Below, in pieces: positions 27,615 to 36,388 of a stretch of DNA of 64,000 nucleotides. Location: NCBI GenBank assembly GCA_963668315.1, contig OY764216.1, positions 320,001 to 384,000 of the forward strand, written 5' to 3'. Source of the DNA: Spirochaetia bacterium. Lineage in GTDB: Bacteria; Spirochaetota; Spirochaetia; DSM-2461. The notes under the pieces were generated by a model, which did not search any database, was not told the origin of the DNA, and worked only from the letters and a program-made list of their open reading frames with translations. The position numbers and the translations under genes were made by a program. Each line of letters opens with the position of its first letter. The first letter of the stretch is position 1.

Positions 27615-28916
27615 CTACAGGTTTCTCTTGTCGATAACGCGTTTGGCCTTGCCCATGCTGCGCTCTATCGATTTGGGCTCAACCAGCTTGATGTTCACAT
27701 TAATCTGCAGCTCCTGCTTCATGGCCTGGGCGATCTTGGCCCTGATCCTTTCCAGCTCCTTCGTCTCGTCGGAGAAGAAAGCCTCTTCCACTTCCACCTG
27801 GAGCTCCACGTCATCCAGCTGGGACCGGTCCCTGTCGATGATGATCTGATAGTGGGGCTGGGTCTCCTCGATCTGCATGAGCACGTTCTCAATCTGACTG
27901 GGGAAGACATTGACTCCCCGCAGGATAAGCATATCGTCGGTCCGTCCCAGCAGGCGGTGCATTTTCACCAGAGTCCGTCCGCAGGAACAGGTTTCCCGCC
28001 AGAGATAGGTGATGTCCCTGGTCCGGTAGCGGATGATCGGCGTCCCCTGCCTCGTCAGGGAAGTGAAAACCAGCTCCCCCTTCTCGCCGTCGGGCAGGAC
28101 TTCTCCCGTCTCGGGATTGATGATCTCGGGATAGAAATGGTCTTCGTTCACATGGAGTCCGTTGTGGGCTTCGCATTCGTTGGAAACGCCGGGGCCGATG
28201 ATCTCGGTCAGGCCGTACACGTCAAAGGCCTTGAGGTTCAGCTTCTCTTCTATCTCCTTGCGCATATTGTCGCTCCAGGGCTCGGCCCCGAAGACGCCCG
28301 CCTTCAGATGGAGTTCCTTGAAGTCGATGCCTATCTCTTTGGCCACTTCGGCCATGTAGAGAGCGTAGGAGGGAGTACAGGTCAGAATGGTGCTCTTGAA
28401 ATCGCGCATGAGCATAAGCTGACGCTTGGTATTTCCCGAGGCGGCGGGGATGGTGTTGCATCCCATTTTCTGGGCCCCGTGATGGACACCCAGACCGCCG
28501 GTGAACATGCCGTAGCCGTAGGCGTTCTGCACGACATCGGAGGGAGAGCCTCCGGACATGCCGAGACAGCGGGCCATCACTTCGCCCCACATATCCAGGT
28601 CTTTCCTCGTGTAACCTCCCAGCACGGGAGTTCCCGTCGTTCCCGATGAGGTATGGATCTCCACCAGATCCTCCTCGGGACAGGCCAGCAGGCCGTAGGG
28701 ATAGGTTTCTCTCAACTCATCCTTCGTGGTAAAGGGAAGCTTGGAAATATCCTCGATGGAGTTGATGTCCGCAGGGGACACGCCCAGATCATCCATCTTT
28801 TTCCTGTAGAAAGCCACATTCTCATAGAGATGGGTCACCTGCTTTTTCAGGTTGTATCCCTGAAGCAGTCTGCGCTGATCGGCCGATTCGCACTCGGCTT
28901 CCCTATTCCATATCAT
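27615..28916 (-). CDS. paaK: Phenylacetate--CoA ligase
   Basis: LPFTTK, SSGTTG, YG.FTGG.G.H, GAEPW, YGLTE..GPG, RYRTRD, GRTDDM...RGVNVFP, GKAKRV.D.R. Confidence 0.93.
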   Translation of the reverse strand: MIWNREAECESADQRRLLQGYNLKKQVTHLYENVAFYRKKMDDLGVSPADINSIEDISKLPFTTKDELRETYPYGLLACPEEDLVEIHTSSGTTGTPVLGGYTRKDLDMWGEVMARCLGMSGGSPSDVVQNAYGYGMFTGGLGVHHGAQKMGCNTIPAASGNTKRQLMLMRDFKSTILTCTPSYALYMAEVAKEIGIDFKELHLKAGVFGAEPWSDNMRKEIEEKLNLKAFDVYGLTEIIGPGVSNECEAHNGLHVNEDHFYPEIINPETGEVLPDGEKGELVFTSLTRQGTPIIRYRTRDITYLWRETCSCGRTLVKMHRLLGRTDDMLILRGVNVFPSQIENVLMQIEETQPHYQIIIDRDRSQLDDVELQVEVEEAFFSDETKELERIRAKIAQAMKQELQINVNIKLVEPKSIERSMGKAKRVIDKRNL

Positions 28917-28945
28917 TACATTCCCCCGTTGAGTTTTGTAAAAAT

Positions 28946-28974
28946 ATTGTAAACCGGGATCTCCCGTTTGGCAA
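28946..28974 (-). promoter_or_regulatory. Sigma70-type promoter of paaK
   Basis: TTGCCA (28969-74), 17 bp, TACAAT (28946-51). Confidence 0.75.
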
Positions 28975-28984
28975 GACGAAAGGA

Positions 28985-29130
28985 ACCGGTCTCCGCGGCG
29001 CTGTTCCGAAAGCCGGCAAGGCAGGGATTGTACCGGAAATGAGCCCGGCGGGCCCGGTGAGAACCGGGAGGAGCCCGCAGGTAGAGCGAATTGGAGGGGA
29101 AAGCCCGGCCCGCGAAGCGGGAGCCTCCCG
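28985..29130. repeat. GC-rich multi-hairpin intergenic element (REP/MITE-like or ncRNA)
   Basis: CCCGGT-GAGA-ACCGGG, CCCGC-GAA-GCGGG nested in GGAGG/CCTCC, and a repeated ATTG...GGAAA..GCCCGGC module. Confidence 0.45.
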
Positions 29131-29194
29131 AAAAAAGAGAAAAAAGTGTTTTACTTTATAGGCCTATATGACCATAATGATAGTAGGTAGAAAG

Positions 29195-29851
29195 ATGGAA
29201 AATACAAAAAGACTTCAAATGACCCTGATCACGGTCCTCATATTTCTCATGATAGCGGGCGTGACCTTTCTTTTTATAAGAAGAGAGCTCAATACCATGC
29301 CCCGTTACCATCGCTACTCCTCGCCCCTCGCGTCTTCTCTGGCGGAGAAACCGGCGGAAACGGCCCAGCCGGCCGAAGCCGTTCCTGCGGAAAAAGAGAG
29401 CGAAGCTTATGAGAATATTTCCACCCTGCCCGCCTCCCTTTCCCGTTATGTGGTGGACAAGCACACGGTGGAATGGGGCGAGTGCTTTTCCCTTATTACC
29501 GGGGATTACTGGGGAGATATGTTCCTGTGGCCCGATCTGTACATGCTTAACGATATGAAGAGCGGCGACCCCGATCTGATCTACCCGAATGAAGTGGTGG
29601 AGATCTTCAATCGCCTGGGAGAGGGAAACAATTTCAGCAGCCTCGAAAAGGACACCATTCTCGAGGCTTACATTGACGTATACGATATCTATAAAAAGCT
29701 GGGCGACGAGAAGAACAACTCGGCCTGGAGCCTTCTGTGGTGCGCCGCCAAGTACGATCCGGACTTCCTGAATAAATACGCCAGCCGCATCGATCCGGCG
29801 GACCGGGCCATGGCTCAGAAGTATATCGACGAGAAGGGCATCATCGAGTAG
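29195..29851 (+). CDS. Membrane-anchored LysM-like protein
   Basis: N-terminal TM. HTVEWGECFS.I...YWG....WP.LY..N....PDLIYP...V.I matches the LysM pattern. Confidence 0.75.
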   Translation: MENTKRLQMTLITVLIFLMIAGVTFLFIRRELNTMPRYHRYSSPLASSLAEKPAETAQPAEAVPAEKESEAYENISTLPASLSRYVVDKHTVEWGECFSLITGDYWGDMFLWPDLYMLNDMKSGDPDLIYPNEVVEIFNRLGEGNNFSSLEKDTILEAYIDVYDIYKKLGDEKNNSAWSLLWCAAKYDPDFLNKYASRIDPADRAMAQKYIDEKGIIE

Positions 29852-29867
29852 AAGCCTGTCCGCGGGG

Positions 29868-30701
29868 TCAGGCTGTGATCAGTTCCCGGGGACAGTAATT
29901 ATCCTTCTGGGGGCAGATGACTTCCTGAGCCTGAATATGGAACATTTCAATGTTGTCGTGGGTGAAAAAGATCTTTTCCCAGGGATTCTTGTCCACAAAG
30001 GCCGTCTGAAGAAAGGAGAAGACGGGATTATTCCCTGAAATCCGGTATATCAGCCCTTTCAGGACGGTAAAATTCCAGAAGACGGCCGTTTCGAAGGAAA
30101 ACTCTCCCCGGTGATCTATGGTAAAGGTACAATCCCTGTTCTTCTCGATGTTATCGGATTTGAAAGAACCTTTGTGGGAGATAATAAAAACATCATCCCC
30201 TTTTGTGGCAAGATAGGCCATGATGGAGGAATGGGGAACTTCCGGAGCGGTTGTTACAAAAACCCCGACTTTATTGTTATCGATGATAAGCTTATCCCTG
30301 ATATCCGTCATGACAAGGGGGGTTTCCGGCAGGGTGATGGCCTCCCGGTGATCATTCGGATGGGAATATCCCTCCTTCGAGAACCGTTCCACAATTGTCG
30401 TTCCATAGAACAATTCATAGAAACAGATATCGGCGACGATATAATCGCTCTGCCTTTGGATGACGGTTCCCTTGACGGCGACTCTGTAAATGTTCAGGTT
30501 GGAGTCAAATTCATCCACCCCTGTCCTGTTATCGATGTATACGGATATTTTCTGCCCCGGGGAGAAGAATGTTCCCTTGGGAAAATGGATTATCACGGTC
30601 CGGTCAATTTTCGAAGTCACTCCCATCTCTGTCACAACGGTATTATCAATATAACCGGAAACAATCGCATAGGATTTATGGGAGATATATTCGTTAATCA
30701 T
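29868..30701 (-). CDS. Pyridoxamine 5'-phosphate oxidase-like (split-barrel) protein
   Basis: C-terminal VGVFVT.....PH.S.M......IISH..SFK..NI..N....F.I pattern. Lies downstream of the MarR gene. Confidence 0.6.
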   Translation of the reverse strand: MINEYISHKSYAIVSGYIDNTVVTEMGVTSKIDRTVIIHFPKGTFFSPGQKISVYIDNRTGVDEFDSNLNIYRVAVKGTVIQRQSDYIVADICFYELFYGTTIVERFSKEGYSHPNDHREAITLPETPLVMTDIRDKLIIDNNKVGVFVTTAPEVPHSSIMAYLATKGDDVFIISHKGSFKSDNIEKNRDCTFTIDHRGEFSFETAVFWNFTVLKGLIYRISGNNPVFSFLQTAFVDKNPWEKIFFTHDNIEMFHIQAQEVICPQKDNYCPRELITA

Positions 30702-30724
30702 TTTTACATTACCTCGCTTGTTAC

Positions 30725-31207
30725 TTATGATAAATTCTCGTTAATATAATCGCTGCAGCAGAAATACATTCTCTTGAGCACCCGGATAAACTCGTTGACC
30801 TCATCCTCATCCATTTCCGTAGAGAGAAGATTTGTCCAGAGATCGAGTTTCTCATAGATAAAGGGCAGAAGCCGCCTCCCCTCCCCGGTCAGACGGACAA
30901 TTACGGCCCGCCCGTCCTTTTCGCAGGGCTTCCGCCGGACAAGGCCCTTTTCTTCCAGCCGTTTCATGACCCGGGTTGTTTCGGCCTGATTTATCATCAG
31001 CTCCCGGCTCAGGGCCTTGAGGTTGACCCCGTCCTTCTCTCCCAGGGTCACCAGATAGATGTACTCGGAAGAGCTTATCCCGTATTCCCTGAACTCATTG
31101 TTTATATACATCTGGAACTCTCTGTAAAGAGCCGATATCCATCTTCCTATGTTTACTCTTTCTTCATTTCCCAAAGGCGTACTCGCAGACCGCAATATAT
31201 TTGACAA
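30725..31207 (-). CDS. MarR-family transcriptional regulator
   Basis: L..EL.I.....TR..KRLEEKGLV.R.....D.R...V.LT.EG. Start codon uncertain. Confidence 0.9.
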   Translation of the reverse strand: MSNILRSASTPLGNEERVNIGRWISALYREFQMYINNEFREYGISSSEYIYLVTLGEKDGVNLKALSRELMINQAETTRVMKRLEEKGLVRRKPCEKDGRAVIVRLTGEGRRLLPFIYEKLDLWTNLLSTEMDEDEVNEFIRVLKRMYFCCSDYINENLS

Positions 31208-31242
31208 CTCAAGTAAATACTATATTTTAATTGAGTTGTCAA
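31201..31242. promoter_or_regulatory. Double MarR-type operator
   Basis: TTGACAACTCAA-N18-TTGAGTTGTCAA: a perfect 12-bp inverted repeat in which each half is TTGA-N4-TCAA. Confidence 0.7.
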
Positions 31243-31280
31243 TTACTTTCAGAGAGGAGAGGCGGGTACTGCCCCTGGAA

Positions 31281-31766
31281 TCACAGATCCTCAGAGCGGA
31301 TAATCCCGCACCCTTTACTCTCATAGTACCGCAGCATTTCGTCAATTTTCCTTTTATCATAGCTGGTAACACAATCGGAGAGCACATGAACGGAGTAACC
31401 TGCCTTGCGTAAGTTGTAGCAGGTGGATTTGACGCATAGGGCCGCATCGGCTCCTGCTATGAAAAAATCATCGATTCCCTTCCTGCCGATGAAGTCCGTA
31501 AACTCTACGCTGCTCAGGGCGTTTCCTTTATTTTTAGTAAAAATGTTCTCCGACGCGATTCTCAGATCCGAAGCCAGCTCAGCCCCCTTTGTTCCGGGTT
31601 TGAAATTCCTTGTCCCGGCCGATAGATTTTCATGCCTTATATAGATGACATGAAAACGGCTGCTCACAGCCCGATCTACCGCATTATTGATATTGCCAAT
31701 AACGTCCTTGTAATTCTTCGTGATGTCATTCTGAATATCGATTATGACTAAGGCCTTGTTCTGCAT
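31281..31766 (-). CDS. Cysteine hydrolase (isochorismatase family)
   Basis: ALVIIDIQND, F.K....A, AG.....CV.ST. ATG 31766 with GGAGG SD. Confidence 0.9.
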   Translation of the reverse strand: MQNKALVIIDIQNDITKNYKDVIGNINNAVDRAVSSRFHVIYIRHENLSAGTRNFKPGTKGAELASDLRIASENIFTKNKGNALSSVEFTDFIGRKGIDDFFIAGADAALCVKSTCYNLRKAGYSVHVLSDCVTSYDKRKIDEMLRYYESKGCGIIRSEDL

Positions 31767-31803
31767 AGTGTTTCCTCCTGACCGGCAGATTGCTTTATTC
31801 TCT

Positions 31804-31842
31804 ATTATACCCGCCGATTGTTGACAACAGTATGGCAACAAT
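31804..31842 (-). promoter_or_regulatory. Hydrolase promoter with a palindrome replacing the -35 (likely WYL-regulator site)
   Basis: ATTGTTGACA-N6-TGGCAACAAT (31817-31842). TATAAT on the minus strand at 31804-31809. Confidence 0.65.
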
Positions 31843-31879
31843 ATATAAAAAAAGTAGAAATTCCCCAGGCGGTCATCCG

Positions 31880-32836
31880 ATGAAAGTGGACAGACTTGTA
31901 AGCATTATCATGGTGCTTCTTGATAAAAAGCGCATAGGAGCCCAGGAGCTGGCAGATATGTTTGAAGTCTCCCCCCGTACCATCTACCGCGATATAGACG
32001 CGATCGGCATGGCAGGGATCCCTGTCCGCGGGGCCTCGGGAGTGGGCGGCGGTTTTGAAATTATGGAGGAGTACAGGATTGACAGAAAGTTTTTTTCACC
32101 TGCCGACCTTTCCGCCATTCTGATGGGGCTCTCCGGCCTTTCCGCCATGATGCGGGGAGATGAACTGGTCAGCGCCCTTGCCAAGGTGAAAAGCTTTATC
32201 CCCGCCGACAGAGCGAAAGATATAGAGGTAAGGGCCAATCAGATATTGATTGATCTGCACCCCTGGATGGGGAACAGGAACATACAGCCCTATCTGGAAA
32301 CCATCAAGACGGCACTGCAGGAAAACAGGCTGCTTTCCTTCGACTATTCAGACCGCCACGGCAATAAAACGGCCCGTTCAGCCGAACCGTATCAGCTGGT
32401 CTTGAAAAGCAGCCATTGGTATTGGCAGGGGTATTGCCGCGTAAGGGATGATTTCCGCCTGTTTAAACTCTCCCGGATGACGAACCTTCGCTTAGAGGAG
32501 GAAATTTTCATGCCCCGTGAATATCAAAAACCGATGCTTGATTTTTCAGAAATGCTGGCGACTGTAGAGAGAGAGATCAAAATAAGGATTCATAAATCCG
32601 TGATGGACCGGGTGCTGGATTTCTGCTCCTTCGATCACTTTCTGCCCGAAGGGGATGAGCATTTCATTGTATCCTTTCCCTTTGTTGAGAATGATTTCTA
32701 CTACAATATTCTCCTCGGTTTGGGAAAAGAATGCGAATGCCTGGGGCCTGAACATATCCGCAGGGAAATGAAGCGCAGGATTCACACCCTGGCGGCCCTA
32801 TACGAGAATGACGAGAATCGGAATAGGGGCCGTTGA
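31880..32836 (+). CDS. YafY-family HTH-WYL-WCX transcriptional regulator
   Basis: ELA..FEVS.RTIYRDI, G..GG, R..EPY.L.....WY..GYC..R..FR.FKLSR, C-terminal L.P...R. Confidence 0.93.
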   Translation: MKVDRLVSIIMVLLDKKRIGAQELADMFEVSPRTIYRDIDAIGMAGIPVRGASGVGGGFEIMEEYRIDRKFFSPADLSAILMGLSGLSAMMRGDELVSALAKVKSFIPADRAKDIEVRANQILIDLHPWMGNRNIQPYLETIKTALQENRLLSFDYSDRHGNKTARSAEPYQLVLKSSHWYWQGYCRVRDDFRLFKLSRMTNLRLEEEIFMPREYQKPMLDFSEMLATVEREIKIRIHKSVMDRVLDFCSFDHFLPEGDEHFIVSFPFVENDFYYNILLGLGKECECLGPEHIRREMKRRIHTLAALYENDENRNRGR

Positions 32837-32853
32837 CGGTATGCCCCCGTTCC

Positions 32854-34119
32854 TCAGGTGATAAACTCCATCGGGTTTTCCCGGGCGATAAAATCCATCT
32901 CCCTTCCGAAGTAGTTGCAGAAGCGGTCGTAATAGTAGGTCAGTTCTTTCTCCATGAGATAGAGCATGTAAAAGTCCGATCCGTAAAGGACTCTTCTCTT
33001 CTGCGACCGGGACATCCTGTTATATATCTTTTCCCTCACATCCTGCAGCATATCGCGCCCGGTCCCTGTGTTATGGAAATGACTCATATCCACTCTCACC
33101 CGGGAGTAATCGGCCAGGAACTCCAGGGCGGCTTGGGTCCAGAATCCCCGGGGGTCCTTGTTTATATAGAGAGGGACCTGATCAAACCCTCCCATATGGG
33201 CGAAATTTATCTTCAGCCGGGGGTAGGTCTCCAGCACTTTACGCCAGAGAAGAGGGTGGTTAAGCTTTAGCTGCCGCTCCTCAACCACATCGGAAAAGGG
33301 ATGGCGCCAGAATTTTTTCTGAAACGTCATCAGTCCCCCCTCATAGAGGTCCTCACCGGGGACGATACATCCCGCCTCGGGAAAATACACATCCCCCTTG
33401 ATGACCACCGAGTCGTTTATATGGGAAAAACCGGTATGGGAAAAATGCACCGTAAGGGGAATCCCGTTTTTCTGGCACCAATGATAAAGGGTCTCTTTTT
33501 TCCTGTCCCGGCTGTAGAGAAAGGGATGGGTGGGGGAATATCCCAGGGCGGCATAGAGCTTTATCCCCGAAAATGTTTTTCCCTTACCCACGCGGTCTTT
33601 CACCAGATCCATCAGGACATCCTTCAGATCGTTGTCATTCCGCCGGGGATCGATCCCCAGAAAGGGATAAAGATTATCGGGATAGGTCTTCTTCAGCCTC
33701 TTCAGCTCATTGATCTGGGTGGTGAAATTATTGGCAAAGGGATCTTTCTTTCCATGGGCCAACTGAGGCTCGGGGACCTTGCTGCGCAGGTGGGACAGGG
33801 GCTGCTTTAGCTGTTCCCCGATACGGTGGAGCACCGAAGAGTTCTCGAAATCATCTCCCGCCCTGTTGGTAACATAGGTCCCGTCCATCATCAGGGGAAC
33901 GGCGACATAATCCTCACCGTAGGTTTCCCGCATTTTCAGGAAGAGCGCTTCCGCCTGGTAGTTGAGCATGTGGTCCATAAATTTCAGGAGACGCTCAGAT
34001 CCGCCCCTCCCTTCGGGCAGGGGGATATCCTGTATTTTTTTTACCAGATGGCTTGCCGTGCGGTAATCATGGGTGAGATCGTTTTTTGAAAAAATATGAC
34101 AATGGCAATCTACGATCAT
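32854..34119 (-). CDS. Amidohydrolase-family (TIM barrel) metallohydrolase
   Basis: IVDCHCHIF, GIDPRR, GIKLY, P.TVH, NFAHMGG, LYGSDF. Confidence 0.85.
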   Translation of the reverse strand: MIVDCHCHIFSKNDLTHDYRTASHLVKKIQDIPLPEGRGGSERLLKFMDHMLNYQAEALFLKMRETYGEDYVAVPLMMDGTYVTNRAGDDFENSSVLHRIGEQLKQPLSHLRSKVPEPQLAHGKKDPFANNFTTQINELKRLKKTYPDNLYPFLGIDPRRNDNDLKDVLMDLVKDRVGKGKTFSGIKLYAALGYSPTHPFLYSRDRKKETLYHWCQKNGIPLTVHFSHTGFSHINDSVVIKGDVYFPEAGCIVPGEDLYEGGLMTFQKKFWRHPFSDVVEERQLKLNHPLLWRKVLETYPRLKINFAHMGGFDQVPLYINKDPRGFWTQAALEFLADYSRVRVDMSHFHNTGTGRDMLQDVREKIYNRMSRSQKRRVLYGSDFYMLYLMEKELTYYYDRFCNYFGREMDFIARENPMEFIT

Positions 34120-34208
34120 CGTTTTCTCCCGGAATTAGTATAACACAAAGGAACGACAAGAAAAACATCCTTGATTTTTCCAATCCATCCACCGTAAAGT
34201 AAGGGGAA

Positions 34209-35117
34209 ATGAAAAAAAGAACCATTAAGAAAATAACCTTTCTGGGAGGGATTCTCATCCTTGCCGCAGCCCTTATCCCCTCCAACCTTCCCTTTCTCAT
34301 CTACATCAAACGCCTTGCCGGCCGGGGAAACGGGGAGGCGCTGAGGCTCTTTTCTGCATCCGGGGAAATTTCCGTTCTCCCCCTGTCCCTCTGGGGCCGT
34401 TTTTTCTTTACCTTCTTTCCTTTCATTCTGCTGCTGGCCGTGCTTTTTCTGGTCTGGAAGCTGCTGCACGGCAAATCCGTCCTTTCCCTCATAACAGGTT
34501 CGGACCGTTTCCGCATTCATCTCTTCCTCAGGGGCCTGGTCACCTGGATAATCCTCTCGGCGGCGGCCGATGCGGTTCAGTTTTTTTTCCACAGGGGTTA
34601 TTACACTTTCTCCTTCAATCCCGTAGAATGGCTCAAGCTCCTGCCCGCTGCTCTGATCTTCATACTTCCCCAGATCATGCTTGAGGAAACCTTCTTCCGG
34701 GGTTACCTCATCAAGGGAGGCACACTTTTCACGGGCAAGCCCCTTATTCCCCTGCTCGCCGTATCCCTCCTCTTCGGCCTGCTCCACAGCGCCAACCCCG
34801 AAGTCACCCGTTACGGAGCCGCGATCATGATGCCCCAATACATAGGAATGGGCCTTTTTCTGGCTTACCTGAGCTGGAGAACCGACGGACTGGAACTGTC
34901 CATGGGGGTCCACATGGCCAATAACAGCTGGGGTCTTCTTATGGTAAATTCCGGGGGAACAGCGTTTCAAACTCCCGCTCCCTTTACCATGACGAGCTGG
35001 GATCCCCTGTCCAGCCTCATAGCTCTGGCAGCCGGAACGGTTCTGTTTCTTCTTATTTTCAGACAAAATGATTTTTTTCTGGTAAATAATGAAAAACGGT
35101 ATTATTATGGCTACTAG
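34209..35117 (+). CDS. CPBP (CAAX/Rce1-like) intramembrane metalloprotease
   Basis: EE..FRG, FGLLH and H..NN motifs, multiple TMs. Confidence 0.9.
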   Translation: MKKRTIKKITFLGGILILAAALIPSNLPFLIYIKRLAGRGNGEALRLFSASGEISVLPLSLWGRFFFTFFPFILLLAVLFLVWKLLHGKSVLSLITGSDRFRIHLFLRGLVTWIILSAAADAVQFFFHRGYYTFSFNPVEWLKLLPAALIFILPQIMLEETFFRGYLIKGGTLFTGKPLIPLLAVSLLFGLLHSANPEVTRYGAAIMMPQYIGMGLFLAYLSWRTDGLELSMGVHMANNSWGLLMVNSGGTAFQTPAPFTMTSWDPLSSLIALAAGTVLFLLIFRQNDFFLVNNEKRYYYGY

Positions 35118-35195
35118 GCTTTTTTTGTTTTTTATAAATTTAAAAATAGAAATTCCTTGTATTCGGGGAGAAATTCTATAGAATTAAAAGCAGTT

Positions 35196-35561
35196 ATGGC
35201 AAAAACAATTTTAGTAGCAGAAGATGAAAGAATAATTAGAAATCTCGCTGAAATCACTTTAAAAAAAGCGGGATACCAGGTAATCACAGCCAACGACGGA
35301 CAGGAAGCTGTAGATATATTCAAGGAAAACGCGGGGACCATCGATCTGCTCCTTCTGGATATCATGATGCCCAATAAAAACGGCTGGGAAGCCTATATGG
35401 AAATAAGAGAAGAGAACAAGGATATTCCTGTCGTTTTCTGCAGCGGATACTCCGATGATGTTCTTATGGAGGAGTATCTCCATGAGACTCCGGCCGATAT
35501 TATTCAAAAACCCTACAGGCTCAACACTCTCCTGGAAAAAATAGAGTCCGTCCTCTCCTAA
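35196..35561 (+). CDS. Single-domain response regulator
   Basis: ILVAEDE, LLDIMMP..NG, SGY, QKPY. Confidence 0.92.
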   Translation: MAKTILVAEDERIIRNLAEITLKKAGYQVITANDGQEAVDIFKENAGTIDLLLLDIMMPNKNGWEAYMEIREENKDIPVVFCSGYSDDVLMEEYLHETPADIIQKPYRLNTLLEKIESVLS

Positions 35562-36388
35562 TCACCATCAAAAGTTCGAAGAAAAACTCCCAGCTCCCGG
35601 TTCAGCGGATCGTCAAGGAACAGTTTTTCGGCTGTTTCGCGGATCCATGCATCGAAGGCTTTTGAGTATCCGGGAAATTCGTCGTCCAGAAGGGAAACCG
35701 CATCACCGTAGCAGGTGGCGATAAGATCCCAGGCCCCGTAGGAAATAACCTTCTCCCCGCCGTCCCCTCCCCTCCCCGGGGCAAGGGCGCGTACGGCGCC
35801 GTCGGAAAAAGCCAGATAGAGATACCCCCGGGAATCGGCGGATGCCATCAGGGCCGTACCGTCAAGAGCGGCCCGCTTCAGAACGGCGCCCTCACCGTCA
35901 TAGCAGAAAAAATCCCCCCCGTTCCCCAGCCAGAAGACATTCCTTCCGGTCTCGAAGAACATAAGGATCCCCGACGGGCGTTCTTCGAGAAGCAGGGTTT
36001 CTTTCCTTTCTCCGATACGGGTCACCCTGTCCGGAGAAAGGGGCGAATAGGAAAGGGAGCCGCCGCGCCAGGGCCGGGAAAACACGGCCCCTCCCGCTGG
36101 CCGGGAAGGACTTGTCCCGGCAAGAGTCTCTCCGGTACGGCGGGCATCGAAAAAGAACTGAACGAGAGTCCTTCCGGACGGCTGGAAACCGGAGGATAGA
36201 ATATACGACCAGTCCCCGTAATCCAGAACGATCCCCTCCTCCCCGCCGGTCAGATTCCGGGGGACCGGATCGGCGGCGGAGAAAAAGAACTCCCCCGCCC
36301 CGCCGGGACGGAAAAGGAGGGTCTCCTGGGCCTCTAGCGAAACGGTGCCCAGAAAGAGGAGCGCCAGCCCCGTCAGGATCCCCCTCAA
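35558..36388 (-). CDS. Hypothetical exported protein
   Basis: Signal-peptide-like N-terminus. Start overlaps the murE stop. Confidence 0.6.
   Translation of the reverse strand: MRGILTGLALLFLGTVSLEAQETLLFRPGGAGEFFFSAADPVPRNLTGGEEGIVLDYGDWSYILSSGFQPSGRTLVQFFFDARRTGETLAGTSPSRPAGGAVFSRPWRGGSLSYSPLSPDRVTRIGERKETLLLEERPSGILMFFETGRNVFWLGNGGDFFCYDGEGAVLKRAALDGTALMASADSRGYLYLAFSDGAVRALAPGRGGDGGEKVISYGAWDLIATCYGDAVSLLDDEFPGYSKAFDAWIRETAEKLFLDDPLNRELGVFLRTFDGD

Noticed and set aside
28917..29150. T-box or riboswitch controlling paaK
   Set aside because: The paaK promoter lies between the element and the gene, so the element is not in the leader. No T-box consensus is present.
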